Below are positions 13,653 through 29,288 of a DNA stretch of 64,000 nucleotides, piece after piece. Under the pieces are notes generated by a model. The model was not told the DNA's origin and made no database searches. It saw only the letters and a list, made by a program, of their open reading frames with translations. The translations under genes were made by a program, and so were the position numbers. This stretch comes from Podarcis cretensis (Eukaryota), in assembly GCA_951804945.1 (NCBI GenBank), contig OX638149.1, forward strand, positions 58,528,001 to 58,592,000, given 5' to 3'. Each line of letters opens with the position of its first letter. Position 1 is the first letter of the stretch.

Positions 13653-14451
13653 AGGGCTGGGGATATATTATAATTATTCATACAGAAATATCTGTAAAAT
13701 CTGATGCATTGAAGGCTGTTTCTATTCTTCAGCACATTGCTTAGAGAATACAATGCCACCGTGGCCACTGTTGCACGGGGGGAAATGGAAGAAAAGTGCC
13801 CAAGCAGTCAAAAGTTCTTGGCACTGAGCAAACCTATGGTGGGTGTATTCACCTACTTAGGGGTGAGGCATGTCACAGGGTGATTGCTGGGGAGGGAAGG
13901 AAGTTTTTCCTGCAGTTGCCTATTCTACTCTTACTAAGTAGATAAACATTTCAGGCTGTAGTCATATTTCATCAGAAAAGTATATTAACATGATTTTTTA
14001 AAGGGTGGTATGAATGTTAGCCATGTTGTTCATGCTTTCAGCTCTACACACATGTATGAGCAGCCTTTTTCCTGAAGCTAAATTATTTGACAGTTACACA
14101 GACTTTTTTTTTTTATGATCCAACAAGATCCACTGCCAAACCTTTGCTAAGTATGCCTGAATGGCACCATTTAAAGGATTTTAAGTGCTATGTTATCTGA
14201 GGTCGTAGCTCTAGGCTGTACCGTGTGGGTGGGGAGCAGAGGAAGGACAGGACCACATAGGGAGACAGATGCAAACTGCTGCAGAACTAAGCTAGCTGCA
14301 TTTTCCCTCTCTCTTTCCTTGCACCCAGGACCACCTAAAAGCCTGGTCCTAAACTATGTTTACCAAGAAGTAAAGTTAACAGATTATAGTGGGGCTACCT
14401 TCCATGTAAACGTGCTTAGAATTGTAATCAAATCTGAGTAGCTTTAAAGGG

Positions 14452-14965
14452 CATGTTTATTCGATATACCATCAAAAGAAGAGTCAAATATGAGGCAGTA
14501 CGTTCCCAAAATTAGAACAGCATGCATTAAACGCTGAAATGAACTCTTCCTTTCCAGCTAATTGTATTTTACTGAAAGTGATAACTGGGCCCCTCAATGG
14601 GTAGAAAGCTGAGGAATAGGATAGTGGGCTGAAAGGGGTGCAAGTAGCTAACTTACATTAGCCCCATCAGTCCTTTTATCACCCTCCCGGTGCTTATAAT
14701 ATTGAAAGACATGTTTATTCACGGTATCATCAAAAGGAGAGTCACATGGGTAGACAGTGTGTTCCAAAAAGTAGAACAATGTGTGTTCTGTTGCACTGGT
14801 CTCTCCCTTTCCAGTTAATTGTGCTTAACAGGATGTGGGAATCGCCCCCTTGACTGGTAGAAAGCTGAAAGACTGGCTAAATGGGCCGACTGGGAAGCAA
14901 GCTACTAACTTCTTATATTGGCACTCTCACTCCTTTTATAAATCTCAGGGTGATTGTAATGTTAA
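14452..14965. repeat. Diverged tandem duplication, unit about 258 bp
   Basis: CATGTTTATTC...ATCAAAAG.AGAGTCA...CCTTTCCAG.TAATTGT...GGTAGAAAGCTGA repeated from 14452 and 14710. Confidence 0.8.
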
Positions 14966-15061
14966 TGTCTTCTGGCAAGCAGCTCCTTTCAATTACTTCA
15001 CTATTTTTTTGAGCTTTCTTTGTTCGTCGACAGTCACTTCGGTCAAGTATTTGTTAAGGTT

Positions 15062-15140
15062 AAGATGGATAGCTCAGCTGGTTAAGCACGACACTCTTAG
15101 TCTCAAGGTCGTGAGCGGGAGCCCCAAGTTGGGCAAAAGA
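15062..15140 (+). mobile_element. Degenerate tRNA-Lys-like SINE head
   Basis: GGATAGCTCAG..GGT...ACTCTTAGTCTCAAGGTCGTG...GCCCCAAGTTGGGCAAAAGA; B-box destroyed. Confidence 0.6.
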
Positions 15141-15330
15141 CCATAGTCATGGACCTAACTTAGACATGTTTATTAATGTCAATGGGTCTACTCAGAGTAA
15201 AAGCTAGCAGAATACTACTCCCTGCCCACACTGTGTGTCAGCCACGATCTACAGAAGTGGGGAAAGACAGGCTTGGCCTCGGATCCAGGTTCTGTCATGT
15301 GGTGTCATTGGTTGTGATTGCTGCAGCAGC

Positions 15331-15581
15331 CAGGGGCATTCTGAGGCGGGGGCAGCATGCCCCGGGTGTCATTCCAAAGGGGGGGAGACAGAATGCCGAC
15401 CTCTGATTGGCAGCACCTCCCAGGGCGTGCGCCGCTCACCGCACGCCCCCCAGGCGTGCACCACGCCCCCCGGGCAGCTCAACACACCCCTGAGACGTGC
15501 ACCATGCCTCCCACGGGTGGTGTGCCATGCCCCCTGGGACGAGCGCCGATCCGGGTACCAGAGCAGGATGCTCCGCCTCTG
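15331..15581. mobile_element. GC-rich MITE-like element
   Basis: Imperfect termini CAGGGGCATTCTG...GGATGCTCCGCCTCTG; internal GC repeats. Confidence 0.4.
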
Positions 15582-16904
15582 TAGACAACTGTAGACAACT
15601 ACCTGTTTCCCCAGCTCCAGCTCCAGCCTGCATGCTTGGCTGGGCTCTGGATATGATGGTTGTCACAACCCCTTCTATTGGGTTGCGTCTGTGGTAAGGG
15701 TTAGAGTTGAGCCGTTAGCTTTCATTGGCATTTACTCACAGGTCAGCGTGTTTGCAGCCCTAAGCAAGTGGCAGCCCAACAAATAAAATTTGCATTTCGA
15801 CCCTTTTTTAACTCCAGAATTTTACTTATTTAAATAAAAGAATCCCTTGCCGTACGTACCATCTTATGAACCTTCTTAAGACAGACATTAGGCCAAATGG
15901 CTAAATTTCTTTCTTCTGGGCCTATGAATTTGCCAATCTATACAACCATGTTTCCTGTTTTATCTGATCATGTATACAATTTTACCTGTATGTAAGGAAA
16001 AGGCTTATTGGATCCTTTCTAGGAAAGATGTTAGATTCAGCTTGGTGGCCAACAGAGGCCCATCATGTGCACTCTTACTGCCTGTCTGCACAATAGCTTT
16101 CATTTCTTACATTAGTTTTCATAGTGGTGGCTGCAGAATCCTGGAGTACTTTCTAGGGTCCCTCAACAAGAAAAACAACTTCCTTGCCTTATCAGTTCAC
16201 CTGCAGGGACAGTGATGTACAACAGGCTCAGTATTCTGTATGAACTGAGTGTCACCCTTGAACTCTTCCAAGAATCCTGTGTCAGCACGAAACCCTCCTT
16301 GAAGCTCAAAAAGTTGAGAATTGTGGTTTTAGAAAAATCCAAGAATAACAGTACTTGCCTCCTGCAGGTAGACATACCTGTCAACAGTGGCAGCCAGTGA
16401 GGTCGTTTGTTAGGGGGGGAAATACTATTGCTGGTGGTTGCAAAGCAGTAGAGGGAGAAAGGGAATTTCCACTTTCACCTTTTGGCACCAGGAACTGGAG
16501 GTAGGGATTGGTCTGGGCCCTAGACATTTGGTTGCCTGAGGGAACTGGAAATGCCCTGGCAAGCTGGGTTACATAATATTCATTATTAAGATATTTTGAC
16601 ATGTGAGACTGAATATTCTACAAGCATCTCTCCCTTTCTGACTGCAGAAATACAATTAAAAAAAATAATGAAATAGCTAACCACTTGTTGCCATTTCATG
16701 AGGGACAGGTGTTTACTCTGTCTAATGTTAGGGCCAGATGGTGCAATTTCTGAATGGATAATCCCTCAGATTTGAGTGCAGGGTGTTGACATCAGCAGGG
16801 GTAACTCCACTCTTCAACTCTGCACTTGCATATGACTGACAGTGGGACTTCCCACCTCCTCTGGTGCCTAATGGTAAGGCTCTAGCACAACTTTTAATTT
16901 TATA

Positions 16905-17130
16905 CACTGGTACCTCTGGTGACGAACTTAATTCGTTCTGGAGGTCCGTTCTTAACCTGAAACTGTTCTTAACCTGAGGTACCATTTTAGCTAATGGGAC
17001 CTCCTGCTGCCACCACACCGCCGCTGCATGATTTCTGTTCTCATCCTGAGGTAAAGTTCTGAACCCGAGGTACTACTTCTGGGATAGCAGAGTCTGTAAC
17101 CTGAGGTGTTTGTAACCCGAGGTACCACTG
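16905..17130 (-). mobile_element. Tigger/pogo-like MITE, copy 2
   Basis: TA|CACTGGTACCTC...GAGGTACCACTG|TA. Confidence 0.85.
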
Positions 17131-19251
17131 TACTGTGCAAGAGTTAAACTTTGCACTCGCCATCTGTTGGATCCCACACATTGTGGTAGTAGTAGTAGTG
17201 ATCATAATCATAACCATAATCATAATATACAGCCTTCTGTTTCAAGAATAAATGTTTTCCAAATAGGCTTACAGGGAACTCAATAGAAGCCCTTGTCTCA
17301 ATGATTTTCATCACCTGCCTAGCATAGGTACTGGGTAAACAGTTAAATGGCAATGCACCTCTAGGGGAAGGGCTGTAGCTGAGTGTTAGAACTTTGCCTT
17401 CAAAGGGTTCCAGGTTCAAGGTCAGGAATTTACCTTTTCCTCTCTTCCCACATGATTTCTGCTAGCAGTTTTACCTAGCAAGCCACTTTATCAGCTGCTT
17501 CTGCCTATCAGCTTTTGAAAATTCAACAGGGTGAGTTTGACTCATTCCTAACAAATCTGCACAGCTTGCAAGAGTTTTCAGAGTGCCTTCATTTGCTTTG
17601 AACTAGCACTTTCTTCCATTTCCTGTGACTTTAACAGGTGCAAGTTAATTAGAAATTCAGGAGATACATTTCCCATCCCCAAATATACAGCAAGAGAAAT
17701 TTGAGGCTGGGCTTTTTTATTCCAGAAAGATCAAAATATCTCCATGTCCTGCTTGTTTGTGGGCTTCCTGTAGGCATCTGGTTGGCTTATGTGAGAACAT
17801 GATATGGGACATGGGACCGAGGACTCTTGTTTTGATCCAGCAGGGCTCTTCGTATGTTACTGAGTCCAATAAGTAATTTAACATTTTGTCTACTTTTGTC
17901 CAGAATATCAAATGGAAGGGACTGGTTGACGAGGAGACGAACTAGAGCGCCCTGTATCTAATACAAATTAATGGAATTTCAAGCTGCGTATCAAAGCCTT
18001 AGTGTTGTTAAGAGAAGTTTAAGACAAGGGCCTGTATTGTAGTTACAGGGGAGGAAAGCCTAACTTGTGTTGACTCCCAGACATTTTTGCACATTCTGGG
18101 ACATTGCACTTGTAGCCACTGAATTTTTATTATGGTTCCTGTCAGTATACCAGGAATTAAAACCAGCCTGCACTGGGCATGCATGACTGACTCAGCGCGT
18201 ACTAGAACAGGTGGAAGTCAGTGTGACTAAAGCTTTTCCCACAGCTGCATACAGTGCCTTAGTGATGAGAATAAATCCTGATGTGACAGTCCCTGATAAC
18301 GACAGGCCTGGTCTCACCAAGGCTGCAAAAACTTCATAATTTTGCTTTGTTTCCAAGAAGGTCTTCCTTCAGTTGCAGGAAATTCTCCTTTTCTCAGAGC
18401 CTTTGTAATGTTTTAAAGATGACAGAATTCTCAAGATAATAATCAGCTCCATGAAAATATGTAGGAATTTTGGCTTGCTTAAGAGCTTCTGCTTTTGCTC
18501 GCTGCATTTCAAAGCCACACATTTCCGCAGGGTGCTCAAGCACATTTTTTTAGATTATTAATAAGATGTGAATGTAGTAAAATGGTTAGCGTAATCTGCA
18601 TTGTTCCCTTAATCATTCATGATGCCGCTATGACTGGCAGCTTAGCAGAAAGAACAAATATAACTGTTGGCTGATTTTGCTAACTTTGCTATCTGACTAA
18701 ATTGTCTGGGGAATTAACTCTTCCCCTTTCATTGAGCAAACTGCATGTGTGATTTCAGCAAGACAAAATCAACTTTGCACAGACGCTTTAGGAAGTACCT
18801 CCTGCAGACTTGAATGCCTTGCATTCCCACTGCATATTAAGAAGGACACACAGCATTTTTAAATGACTGGTAGCCTATTTTTGAATATCCACTAGAATTA
18901 GAAGTTCTGCCTCTGTTCCATTGCCAGCTAGACCTTTTAAGTCATTCTTCGAATGGACTTCGTAGATTATGGCTTGTATACAACAAAGTTGTCCTGTTTG
19001 CACAAAGACTCCTGCTTGCTCAATGAAACTTTCCCTCCCTCTCCTCCTCTCCTCTCCCTATGTGCCCCACTAAATATGCTCTGGAAGCTTGGGGGGGCCT
19101 CAGAAGAGATTTTGGGGAGCACAGAGGGATGACAGGCATGGGAGATACCATCGTACATGTGCTCATCCTTGTGTGAATGGGATTACTTTCTTTGATACAA
19201 CCCAAACTATTTATCTACTTCTCACAGAAACGATAGATAAAAATATTAGTA

Positions 19252-19493
19252 CAGTGGTACCTTGGGTTGCATACGCTTCAGGTTACATACGCTTCAGGTT
19301 ACAGACTCTGCTAACCCAGAAATAGTGCTTCAGGTTAAGAACTTTGCTTCAGGTTGAGAACAGAAATCGTGCTCCGGCGGCGCAGCAGCATCAGGAGACC
19401 CCATTAGCTAAAGTGGTGCTTCAGGTTAAGAACAGTTTCAGGTTAAGAACGGACCTCCAGAACAAATTAAGTACTTAACCTGAGGTACCACTG
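19252..19493 (+). mobile_element. Tigger/pogo-like MITE, copy 3
   Basis: TA|CAGTGGTACCT...GAGGTACCACTG|TA. Confidence 0.85.
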
Positions 19494-20461
19494 TACATCC
19501 AAAGATGAAAGTAAACATTGTGGGAGTCTTTGTACCTGCATTTGGATTTGCTCCCATATAATTCCCTCCTGATTTGGGTAGAGTTATTGCTTTATTATAG
19601 TGATGTTTCCCCAAGGGTGGTTTTTAGGAAGGATCAGAGATGTCTTGTGTTGTTGTGCTTTCTAATGGCAGAGTTGGATTTGTGTCTCAGTCCACAGACC
19701 TTAGCACAGAGCAGCAAGGTGCATACACAAAACTGGCAATGTCCAGGGCTCCCCAAACCACAATAGCCCTGACTGACCACCCAGAGAGCAGCAGGTGATG
19801 GAGGCAGTAGCAGACAGGCCTTGCATCAGCATCTCGGCCAACAAGGGCATGCTGGGACTCTCACTCGCCACCACCACGGCATCCTTTCCTTCTTTAATTT
19901 AACATCCTTTTATAGTTAGGCAGCAGCCAAGCATGTCCATGGTTACAGATGCTCATGTTATTTTTACTTTAAATATATATTATTCTTTGTCTACAACAAA
20001 ATCGTGCTGAATCTCGAGTTTATCATCAGGGCAGCTGAAGCACAGTACATTTTCCTTCTGTAGTCATGACGATGCTAATTAAATGAGTTCTTTAAAATGG
20101 GAAACGGCACATGTTCAAAGTACTTCTTTTTTTATTAGGGCTGACAAACTGCTTTTTGTTTAATTTTTGCTCTAACATAACAAGGATACAAAAGCTCTTG
20201 TAAAGCATGGAATGGAGATGGGGGAAGAAGCAAATGGTGTAATTGTGTACTGCAGTAACATAGAGCTATGTAAATGTGTTTGTGCAAGGTTGCTGAAGAC
20301 AATAAAGTCCAGGGTCTAAATTTACCTAGTTGCACTGGTGATTTGCAAGGGCAGGTGCCAGAAGAAATTTAGAAGGGAGATTTCAAGCTCAGACTTTGCA
20401 CTGCTTATGTAGCAGGCAACTTTACACCTGAATTTGAAGCCCTGTATTTTGATTCTTTCAG

Positions 20462-20624
20462 ATTCAAACGGTAACCAAGAAAGTGCTTGTCCCTCAAGAG
20501 ATCGATGAACCAGCCAATGCAACAGACTCCATCTTTGACATGTTGAATGAAACAGAAGTGACGCCTGAACCTCAGCTAATCATTAAGAAAGGCCTCGAAT
20601 TTAAGGATGGCATGAATGTCTTAG
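20462..20624 (+). CDS. SLC1A2: SLC1A2 exon 5 ([10 protein letters not shown]...DGMNVLG), extracellular loop with NAT and NET sequons
   Basis: ttcag acceptor, GTATGG donor, 163 bp (two codons shorter than the human exon as recalled). Confidence 0.96.
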
Positions 20625-21529
20625 GTATGGAAACACTTTTAGTGTATGTGTGCTTCACAGTTATTCTTGTAGCAATATTGTGCATTGTTTTGAATATATT
20701 GCTATCTTGTCATAACCCACCCTGGGACATTAAGGTAAGAACGCTAACTAAATGATTAAATGTTTTATTTCATTCATATTATATATGCTGTAAAATGCCT
20801 TCAGACTTTTAAATTTAAAATATATGTAAAGCAATATTCAAGTCCAATAAATCATATCACATATCCTTTACATATACTCACATTTACATATTCATTTTTG
20901 CGTATCCTCCTCTGTTTATCTGTATGGTGGCAGGAGAATCCAAATCTGTTCAGGAAAATAGAACTGCCAATCATTGAGCATTTACACACATATACAGATG
21001 AATGGTTATCCATCTACAAGCGGCATATGTTTATATCATTTGGTCATCGTGGCAATCTTTTATATTATGATAGATTTGTTAGGAGATAAAATAAGAACAG
21101 TGCATGCTTGAGTTTTCCTAGGAACACTGTTCTTCCTAGCATGGGGCAGGACTGATGGGACTTATGGGCCAAAACACCTGAAGAGCACCAAGTCATCATA
21201 TAACAGGTTACAGCAAGATATTAATAGCAGTGGGTTGTATCACATGCATCACTTGTGCAAGGGAAATTTGCCATTATCTTTTCCCCACTCTGTTCCTTGT
21301 GCCCCCCCCCCAAAGCTTCTCCTGAGAGTAGAGGAACACTTAGGGCCCTTCCAGACCAGTGTTTTACTGGGGGTGTATTCTGCAACATGTTCATGACACA
21401 AAAATAGTCTGAGCTGACTTGAAGCCTGATTTAGCAAGGTTTATTTATTTATTTATATTTTGATTAATTAATTAATAGGATTGCAGGAGTGTGGGTGCTT
21501 CGTTTTGACAGAGCCTCAGTAGCGTTTAA

Positions 21530-21679
<150 letters not shown>

Positions 21680-23816
21680 TGAGTCAAAGTCATCATCTGC
21701 CAAGACACACTAAATCCAGTTGTATTCTGGACATCATTTTGTAGCTTTTCTGTAATTTCTGCATGACCTACCTCACTATATTGGTCTGAAGCTACAGCAA
21801 TTATTTCAATTGTTTGCTTTTCACAGTTGTATCCTGCCCTTAGCCCACAAAGCTCAGAATGGCATAAACAAGAGTCCCCCCCCCCCAACAGCTAGGCAGC
21901 CAGAACAGAATGTGTGAGGTTGGACCAAACTCAACCTGGGGAGTTAATGGGATGCTTGAGCTGAGGTCTCATCAGTTCAAGTTCAGAAGTGCCACACCAC
22001 ACCACATTTGGTCAGAGAATCAAATGAGGCTGTTGCTATGTTTTTGCATATTTAATTTACTGCAGATGCTCAGGGCTTTCTTCTATCAGAACACATGGGA
22101 TTGGCCCCAGAAGAACTTCATCTTCACACAGCCACTGTCCCTGCATCACTGCTGGGACCGATTCCTAATATGATGCATCAACAGAAGGCTTACCTTCAAC
22201 CCATGACTCTTGTTCATTTGCATAGAAGAGAACATTTAGTCTATGGAGACACATTCCTTTATTTCATATCCAAAGGGACATTCTTTCCTATTATTTATGG
22301 CTACTCTCTTAGGAAAAGATCCACCCCCTCCAGCAGCTTTGGTGATTTATGAAACTCTTGTGCACACCATAATGACATAAAACAAAATTGGGCATCTGCT
22401 AAGGATGTTTCATAACCCTTATTTAAGGATTATCCTCAGTGACCATTTCAGGAAGCAGACTGCCTGGCACCTGAGAAAACTGTGCAAAATGGGGATTGTG
22501 TGAAGCTCATAGAAGCTTCTGATTGATTTGCTGCTTCTGGGCAATGCTTGGATGGTTCATGAGAAGGTCAGATGGAGAGCAGACATTCCTTTTTTTAAAA
22601 AGCCCAGTTCCAGTTTTGCTTCCTAAATCTATCTCTCTATTAAAAAGTAAGTTTCAGTAAGTTAATATAGAGCATAAGAGTGGAGATTGCTTTAAGCCAC
22701 CTGCTGCTCAGCAAAATTAATCACCATCAACAATAAATAAAGCTCTCTGACACAGTAACCCTGGTTGGTGGGTAGGCACCAGAAATTGCTTGGGAGCCTG
22801 GATATAGCCCACAGGACATGGGGTAGCCACTCCTGCTTCAAGGCCATTGTTGAAACCTTCACCTCTATTCCTGTCTGCATGGAATCCCAGCTGGAAGCTT
22901 CTCAGTAGCTTGAGTCCTGGGTATGGGCAGGGCCAGTGAGTCTCTTTGTGGGAGGTCTGGCAAGCACCCATTCATTAAGTGGTGTCATTATGAACTGCTG
23001 GAGGGGATGGATCATAGGAAAGAAAACAATCAAACAAAAGGCTTGCTTCTACGATATTATCAGCATGTATTAGGTTTCTCAGCAAGCAAGCTTTCGGCTG
23101 GTCTGCAAAACATTTTAATGTCTGGGCACAAGCCGTGTACTGGCACAAGCAATGAAAAGCTCAGCTGAGTCAGTTAACCATCCTAACTGTCTGGCAAAAG
23201 CCACCACTAGACTTTTAGGAACTGTAAGGGAATGGCTTTCTCTGGTCCAAGAAATTATCAGGGCTCTAATAATTCAGTACTGCTTCTGTTGTAGCCACTC
23301 TCACAGTGCTTATCTATTAGGCGTGGATAATTTTTTCTTCTTCTATCAAGAGCCCTTGACACACAGAATAAATCAAGTACTGCTACCAGCACCCCCTGCA
23401 CACAAAGGGGAAAATGCATCAGTCCTGTCTCAAAAGGGCTTTAAAATTTGGCAGTTTGTGCTGACGGAAAGCCAGCCTATTTGCACTTTCACCTCTGAAG
23501 GCACAGATCAGTTTTCAAACGTGCCAATCCTCAGGCAGAAGAGCTCTGAAGATGCTCCGGTGGCTGATAGCCACCCCCATCTGCTTCTTAAAAGGTAAAA
23601 GTGGATCTGGTCCCCTATCAGTCAGCCACTTTCAAAGCTGTCCTCAAGATTGTGGACTGAATCCAGCCAACAGGATAGTGTCAGTTTCTGCAGCATAGGG
23701 CCATGCAGCCCCTGGTCCCATCATTCAATAGTGGGGGTGTTTGGGGCTGAAAGGTTTTCCATCAAAAGGTGGTAATTTCAAGCTGCATGGTATAGCTTTA
23801 TCAACTGCCTTTATGA

Positions 23817-24128
<312 letters not shown>

Positions 24129-25673
24129 TGAAATGCAGAGTTAGCAACACGTTCAGGGCCATTATAAATACTTTGCTAACAAGACTTACTCAGCTGAATG
24201 TGTGAACACTTATTGTGTGGATTAGCAATACCTGTGAGCTGATCAATTAACCTAAAAATGAAGAAAAGGTGTAAACTGGATTTCATGTGCCCACAAACTC
24301 AAACCTGGTTCATAGCATTAACTGCTGTGATTCCAGCTACTTGGTTCAGGTGACATCTGTTCCCTCAGGGATTGCCTGCAGGAACTGGGGGCTGGGTGAA
24401 AGTCTTCTCCAGGGCTGTCCTAGACCATAAAATACTGCATTGGAAGTATCATTTTCAGGGCTTTTTCCCCAGTCCTGAACTGAGTTCTGGAACCCCTCAG
24501 GTGGTGCCATTGCCACTCTAAGAGAACGAGGGAGGTATTCATGGTGAGTTCTGGCACCTCTTTTTCTAGAAAAATAGCACTGGTCATTTTACTATATAAC
24601 ATCTAAATGCCTTGTTAGTCCATTCACAACTTGGATGGACAATTCGTATGATGAGGGATTCATCTCATATACGATTACAAAGGTGAATGGAGATCATTCA
24701 TGACAGAAATCCTTCCATAAGCCCAGCACCCCAGGCCTAGATCACCTGCCCTAAATCCAGTCCTAGACTTGTCTTTAGCACCAATAACTGCTGGGGCTTT
24801 TCTAGTTTTCCTCTTTAGAAGTCTGAGATCTCTCTCCAATCAGGCAAGGCTTTCCACTTTGACTTTTAGTCATGATCTTCTCTGCTTTTCCAACAGAACC
24901 TTCTCAGGTTTCAGACATATGCCCCCACTCCCCACTATAGCTAACAGGAAGCTGTCATCTCCCTCTCTTCCCAAGGCACTTCTGCCAACTGACCTTTTCT
25001 TCGCTGAGTTCTTTAGTCCCTATGACAACCAGGAGTAGTTATGTTATTAGAAATCATATCAGAGTTTTTTAAAATATTGTACAATATCATGCATTGGGGG
25101 AGGGATTTTCTTCTGAACATGGGGGAGTGAGGTTTAATTTTTTCTTCCCCAGCTGCATTCCCAACAAAAAATTGTCCTGCAACTAAAGATTGTCATTCCC
25201 AACAAAAAATCGTCCTGCAACTTAAAAACTAAAGACCTTATTGGAGCCAAAGTGAGATTTTACTTTGTGGCTCATTGCCATATGCGAGGGGTATGGTTTT
25301 TGTTGGAATTGTAACTAAGGAGGTAAGGGTTCCTGTGCTTCAGATGAAATATTCCATCATGCCTGCTATCAATTTTGGGTTGTTTAAATAAATTATCTGC
25401 CTTGGTTTCTAATGGCACATGTTGTCACATCTGGTTTTACCCTCATTCAACAACTGTCAAAATATATACATCTTCAGGGGCATGCACAAGCTTTGATCAA
25501 AACACTGTGCATAAGCAGTTTTACAACCATAGAATTTACATGCTTACATCAGTTCCAGGACGGAAGAGGCAGACGTTGAACTGTGGACAGACAGAGACCT
25601 GATGAATGTGTGTGTAAGATGCCTGGTTGCTCGCCCAGAGTGTCAATAGAGCTATCTGTCCCTGGAAGTCTGA

Positions 25674-25943
<270 letters not shown>

Positions 25944-26513
25944 TGAACATTACAGACCTTGCCTATTGCAAAGCAGTTTAAAGTTGTGAGCCTCCATTGT
26001 AATAAACAGTGAAAAGCCTTGGCTGCTTTTGCCAGTTCCCAAGTAGAGCATCACGTATTGCAGCCTACATGGGAATTACACAGTTTTCTACATGAAGTAA
26101 TTTCTGTGTAGGGATTTGTAAGACATGAAAGCAGACCTTGATTTCTGTCTATAACCTGGTTTCAGAGGCAGTGTTAATGTGTTGTGTAGAGATTTTCATT
26201 GTACTTGATTATAAATAATGGAAAATAAATATACTCAAGTTAGCATGAGTTAAATGAATCACATATTGCTTTAATCAAAAATCATTATGGAAAACAAATG
26301 ATTATTATTATTATTATTATTTTGCAAAATCAAAAGACTGGTGTGTTAATAAAACTAAACTCAGTCAAAATCTTCTAAATTATGATATTAGAGGCTGCAC
26401 TGAAATAACAGGGAATGTGTTCCTACAGAACTTGGAGTGATCAAGCAGTTCCCATATTTGTAAGAGAAACACTAACTAAAAGAAGGCCCAGCTAAACAAG
26501 TGGATGTGTTTAA

Positions 26514-26657
<144 letters not shown>

Positions 26658-27590
26658 TAAGTAACATTAAAGAAACTTGTTACCTTTCTCCAGACAGTGA
26701 TGTTGTGGCTTAACTACCCACTCAGGTGTCAACTCCTTCATGATCAATAATGCTTGCTGCAAGAAGCACTCCTGCATGTGCAGCAGCTGACTAATGTTTA
26801 TGCAACAAAGCATTTAAAGGAAATGCACTCAGATTGTTTCTGATACCCAACTGTAGCGAAATTGGAGCGGAGCAGAAATCGGCAAGCATTGTTTGCAGAC
26901 AGTAGGAGGATGTTAACTTAAAGCATGTGGTTGTTTGCTGTTTCAAGGAAATGTCATTGAAGTAAAAACATTTCACTTGATGGAGACGTCCTGCCTCCTG
27001 AATGGACAAAGCCATAATTCAGCTGCAGAGGCAAGGTGTTAACGAGGGGGTAGGGCTAAGGGCTTACCATTGTGTTTCTGATCATTCTCATGTGGTAAAA
27101 AATCCCTGTCCCCTGAAGTAAGCCCTGTGGCGAATTGTGCTGCTGACATTTGCTTCTTTAGAAAAGGTCAGATTGAGCAAGACAATATCATGGCAGCGCA
27201 AAGGAAAAGGAGCTCAAACCTTCCATAGTGGAATTAATGCCATAGAGGAATTGATGGGAGTATCTGGGCTTTTCACAGCACAGTCCTAGGCATCTCCTGA
27301 GAAATAATTGAGAGATTTCACACTGATTCACACAATCTTCCCTAGGCCTTCTTTCAAATTAGTTTCACTTTACTATGTGTTTGTGTGTGTTAAGAGTGCA
27401 CTGTACAAAATACTCAATAAAATACTGTTAGAAATAATTGCAGCTTTATAGTATGGTCATGTAATATACAGACCTTCCTCTCTTCTTTTTCTTGTAAAGG
27501 CTATTTCACCCTAAAAATAATTCTTCTGAGACAGGTCTTCTGTGCACCGGTTTTAAACGTGAAGTGGCCCATGATTAGTCTACTTAGATC

Positions 27591-27875
27591 AGGGGTGCCC
27601 AAACTTTTTTCAAAGAGGACCAGATTTGATGTGAAGGCCGACCAAGTGTGAGGGCCGACCAAAGTTGTTGAGCTTTTTTGTGAAATGAAATTGAAATTGA
27701 AATTGAAATGAAATTGAATTGAAATTGAATTTTTTTTGTGAAATGTTCTTAAGCTTTTTTGAGGATTGAAGTTTACCCCAAAGTTGTTGAGCTTTTTATT
27801 GGATTTTATCCCAGGGCATTTACTGCCATGGGGGCTGAATTAAATCGACTGGCAGGCTGGATTAGGCCACCGAAA
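27591..27875. mobile_element. hAT-like MITE remnant containing a (GAAATT)n microsatellite
   Basis: CAGGGGTGCCCAAAC terminus; GAAATT repeats at ~27682-27730. Confidence 0.45.
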
Positions 27876-29288
27876 CAGAAAAAAGAGAGAAGAAATAGTA
27901 AGAACATGTCCCCAGTAAGAGTATTGCTGTTATGCATGTTATGTCTAGATTGCTGGATTTTATTTTATTTCTTTTGCTCTGTTTAGTGTAGGGAAGATAT
28001 ATATACAGACTTCACAAGGAAATCTTTTTTTAAGTGTTCTGATCTCCTGCTGTTCCTCCACTCCAAAGTGAACAAAAATGGCATTTTAAAGAACATTGTT
28101 ATTTGTCCACAGCTGGAATTAATCCAGAGTCATTAGTGGTAGCCAAGAACTGCAAGTTTCCAAAGGGGAAATTGACAAGCTTAGCAAATGTCACAGAAAG
28201 GTCTCCAGCACAGAGATGCTATGCCCAAAGAAATGGAGAATTAGAAAGGGCCTTCTTGTGTAAATGGTTCATGTTCAGCTTCTAAAATGCTTGCTGAAAT
28301 GTAGAGCTACCACTGCAAATTTAGCACGAACACCTGATTTTTCTTCCCTTTTAGAGTTCTGTGAAACCAAGCCAAAAAAACCATGATTTATGTCTGAAAA
28401 ACGCCTGGGGGAATCACATTTTAATTTTTAGTACTTAGGCCTGGTGCTAAATAATAAATTGAGAAACAATGAGGGCCTATGTAAATGAAATGGACATACC
28501 ATGAAGGTTGTCTGAAATTACTTTCTATGGTAGCTTTCTCCACATAGGAAGGTTTCAGTATGCAGTGCAGCACCTCACAGAAGGGGGATGTTTCTCCATC
28601 TCACTGCAAACTTACAAAATGATTGTTGTGGATTGAAGAAAACCACCTGATTGGCACAATGACTGGCTGCCATGATACACAGATACAGTCGTCATGGGAA
28701 GCAGTTGAATTAAAGGTTCTCTGACCCCTATTAAAACTGGGCTGGTAGTAAGTGAACCGCCACACCTACAGATGCCAGGCTTGTTTGGGGCAAGTGTTTC
28801 ACAATGTATACTTCATATCCACACATCAAGGATTGGGTGCTGCAAGTGGATTGTTTCATGCAATCTAACTGAAATTTATAACTGACCTGCTGCTGAACGC
28901 TATTTTGGCACCTGTTTATAGAAGGTTCGGCATTGGTCATCTACCTATTTTTTTTCAGTAGGACAAAATCTACAGTCATGTCACTATTTGATTACATAGA
29001 CGAACCTTTAAAAGAAAAAGAGTTGCCACATTGTTTTCACTTCATGATTGGATTTCTCTGTACAAAATGAGCATGTGCAGCTTCTCAAAAATCCCAAGAG
29101 ACTGTGGGAACTACCCAGTTTTTCCTTTGCAGCATCAGGGTGATGCAAATTACGAGATCTCTTGACTATAATTCTTTTTCAAATGTTCAAAAGAACATAA
29201 AGCTAGTAAAGGTTAAAGGAACCACTTTAGGTGTAAGATATGACACTCAGGTCTACTTTAACATCCTGCTGGTGTTTTGCTATTGCAG

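Noticed and set aside
15062-15140. tRNA-Lys gene
   Set aside because: B-box and stems are degenerate, and it continues into SINE-type sequence.
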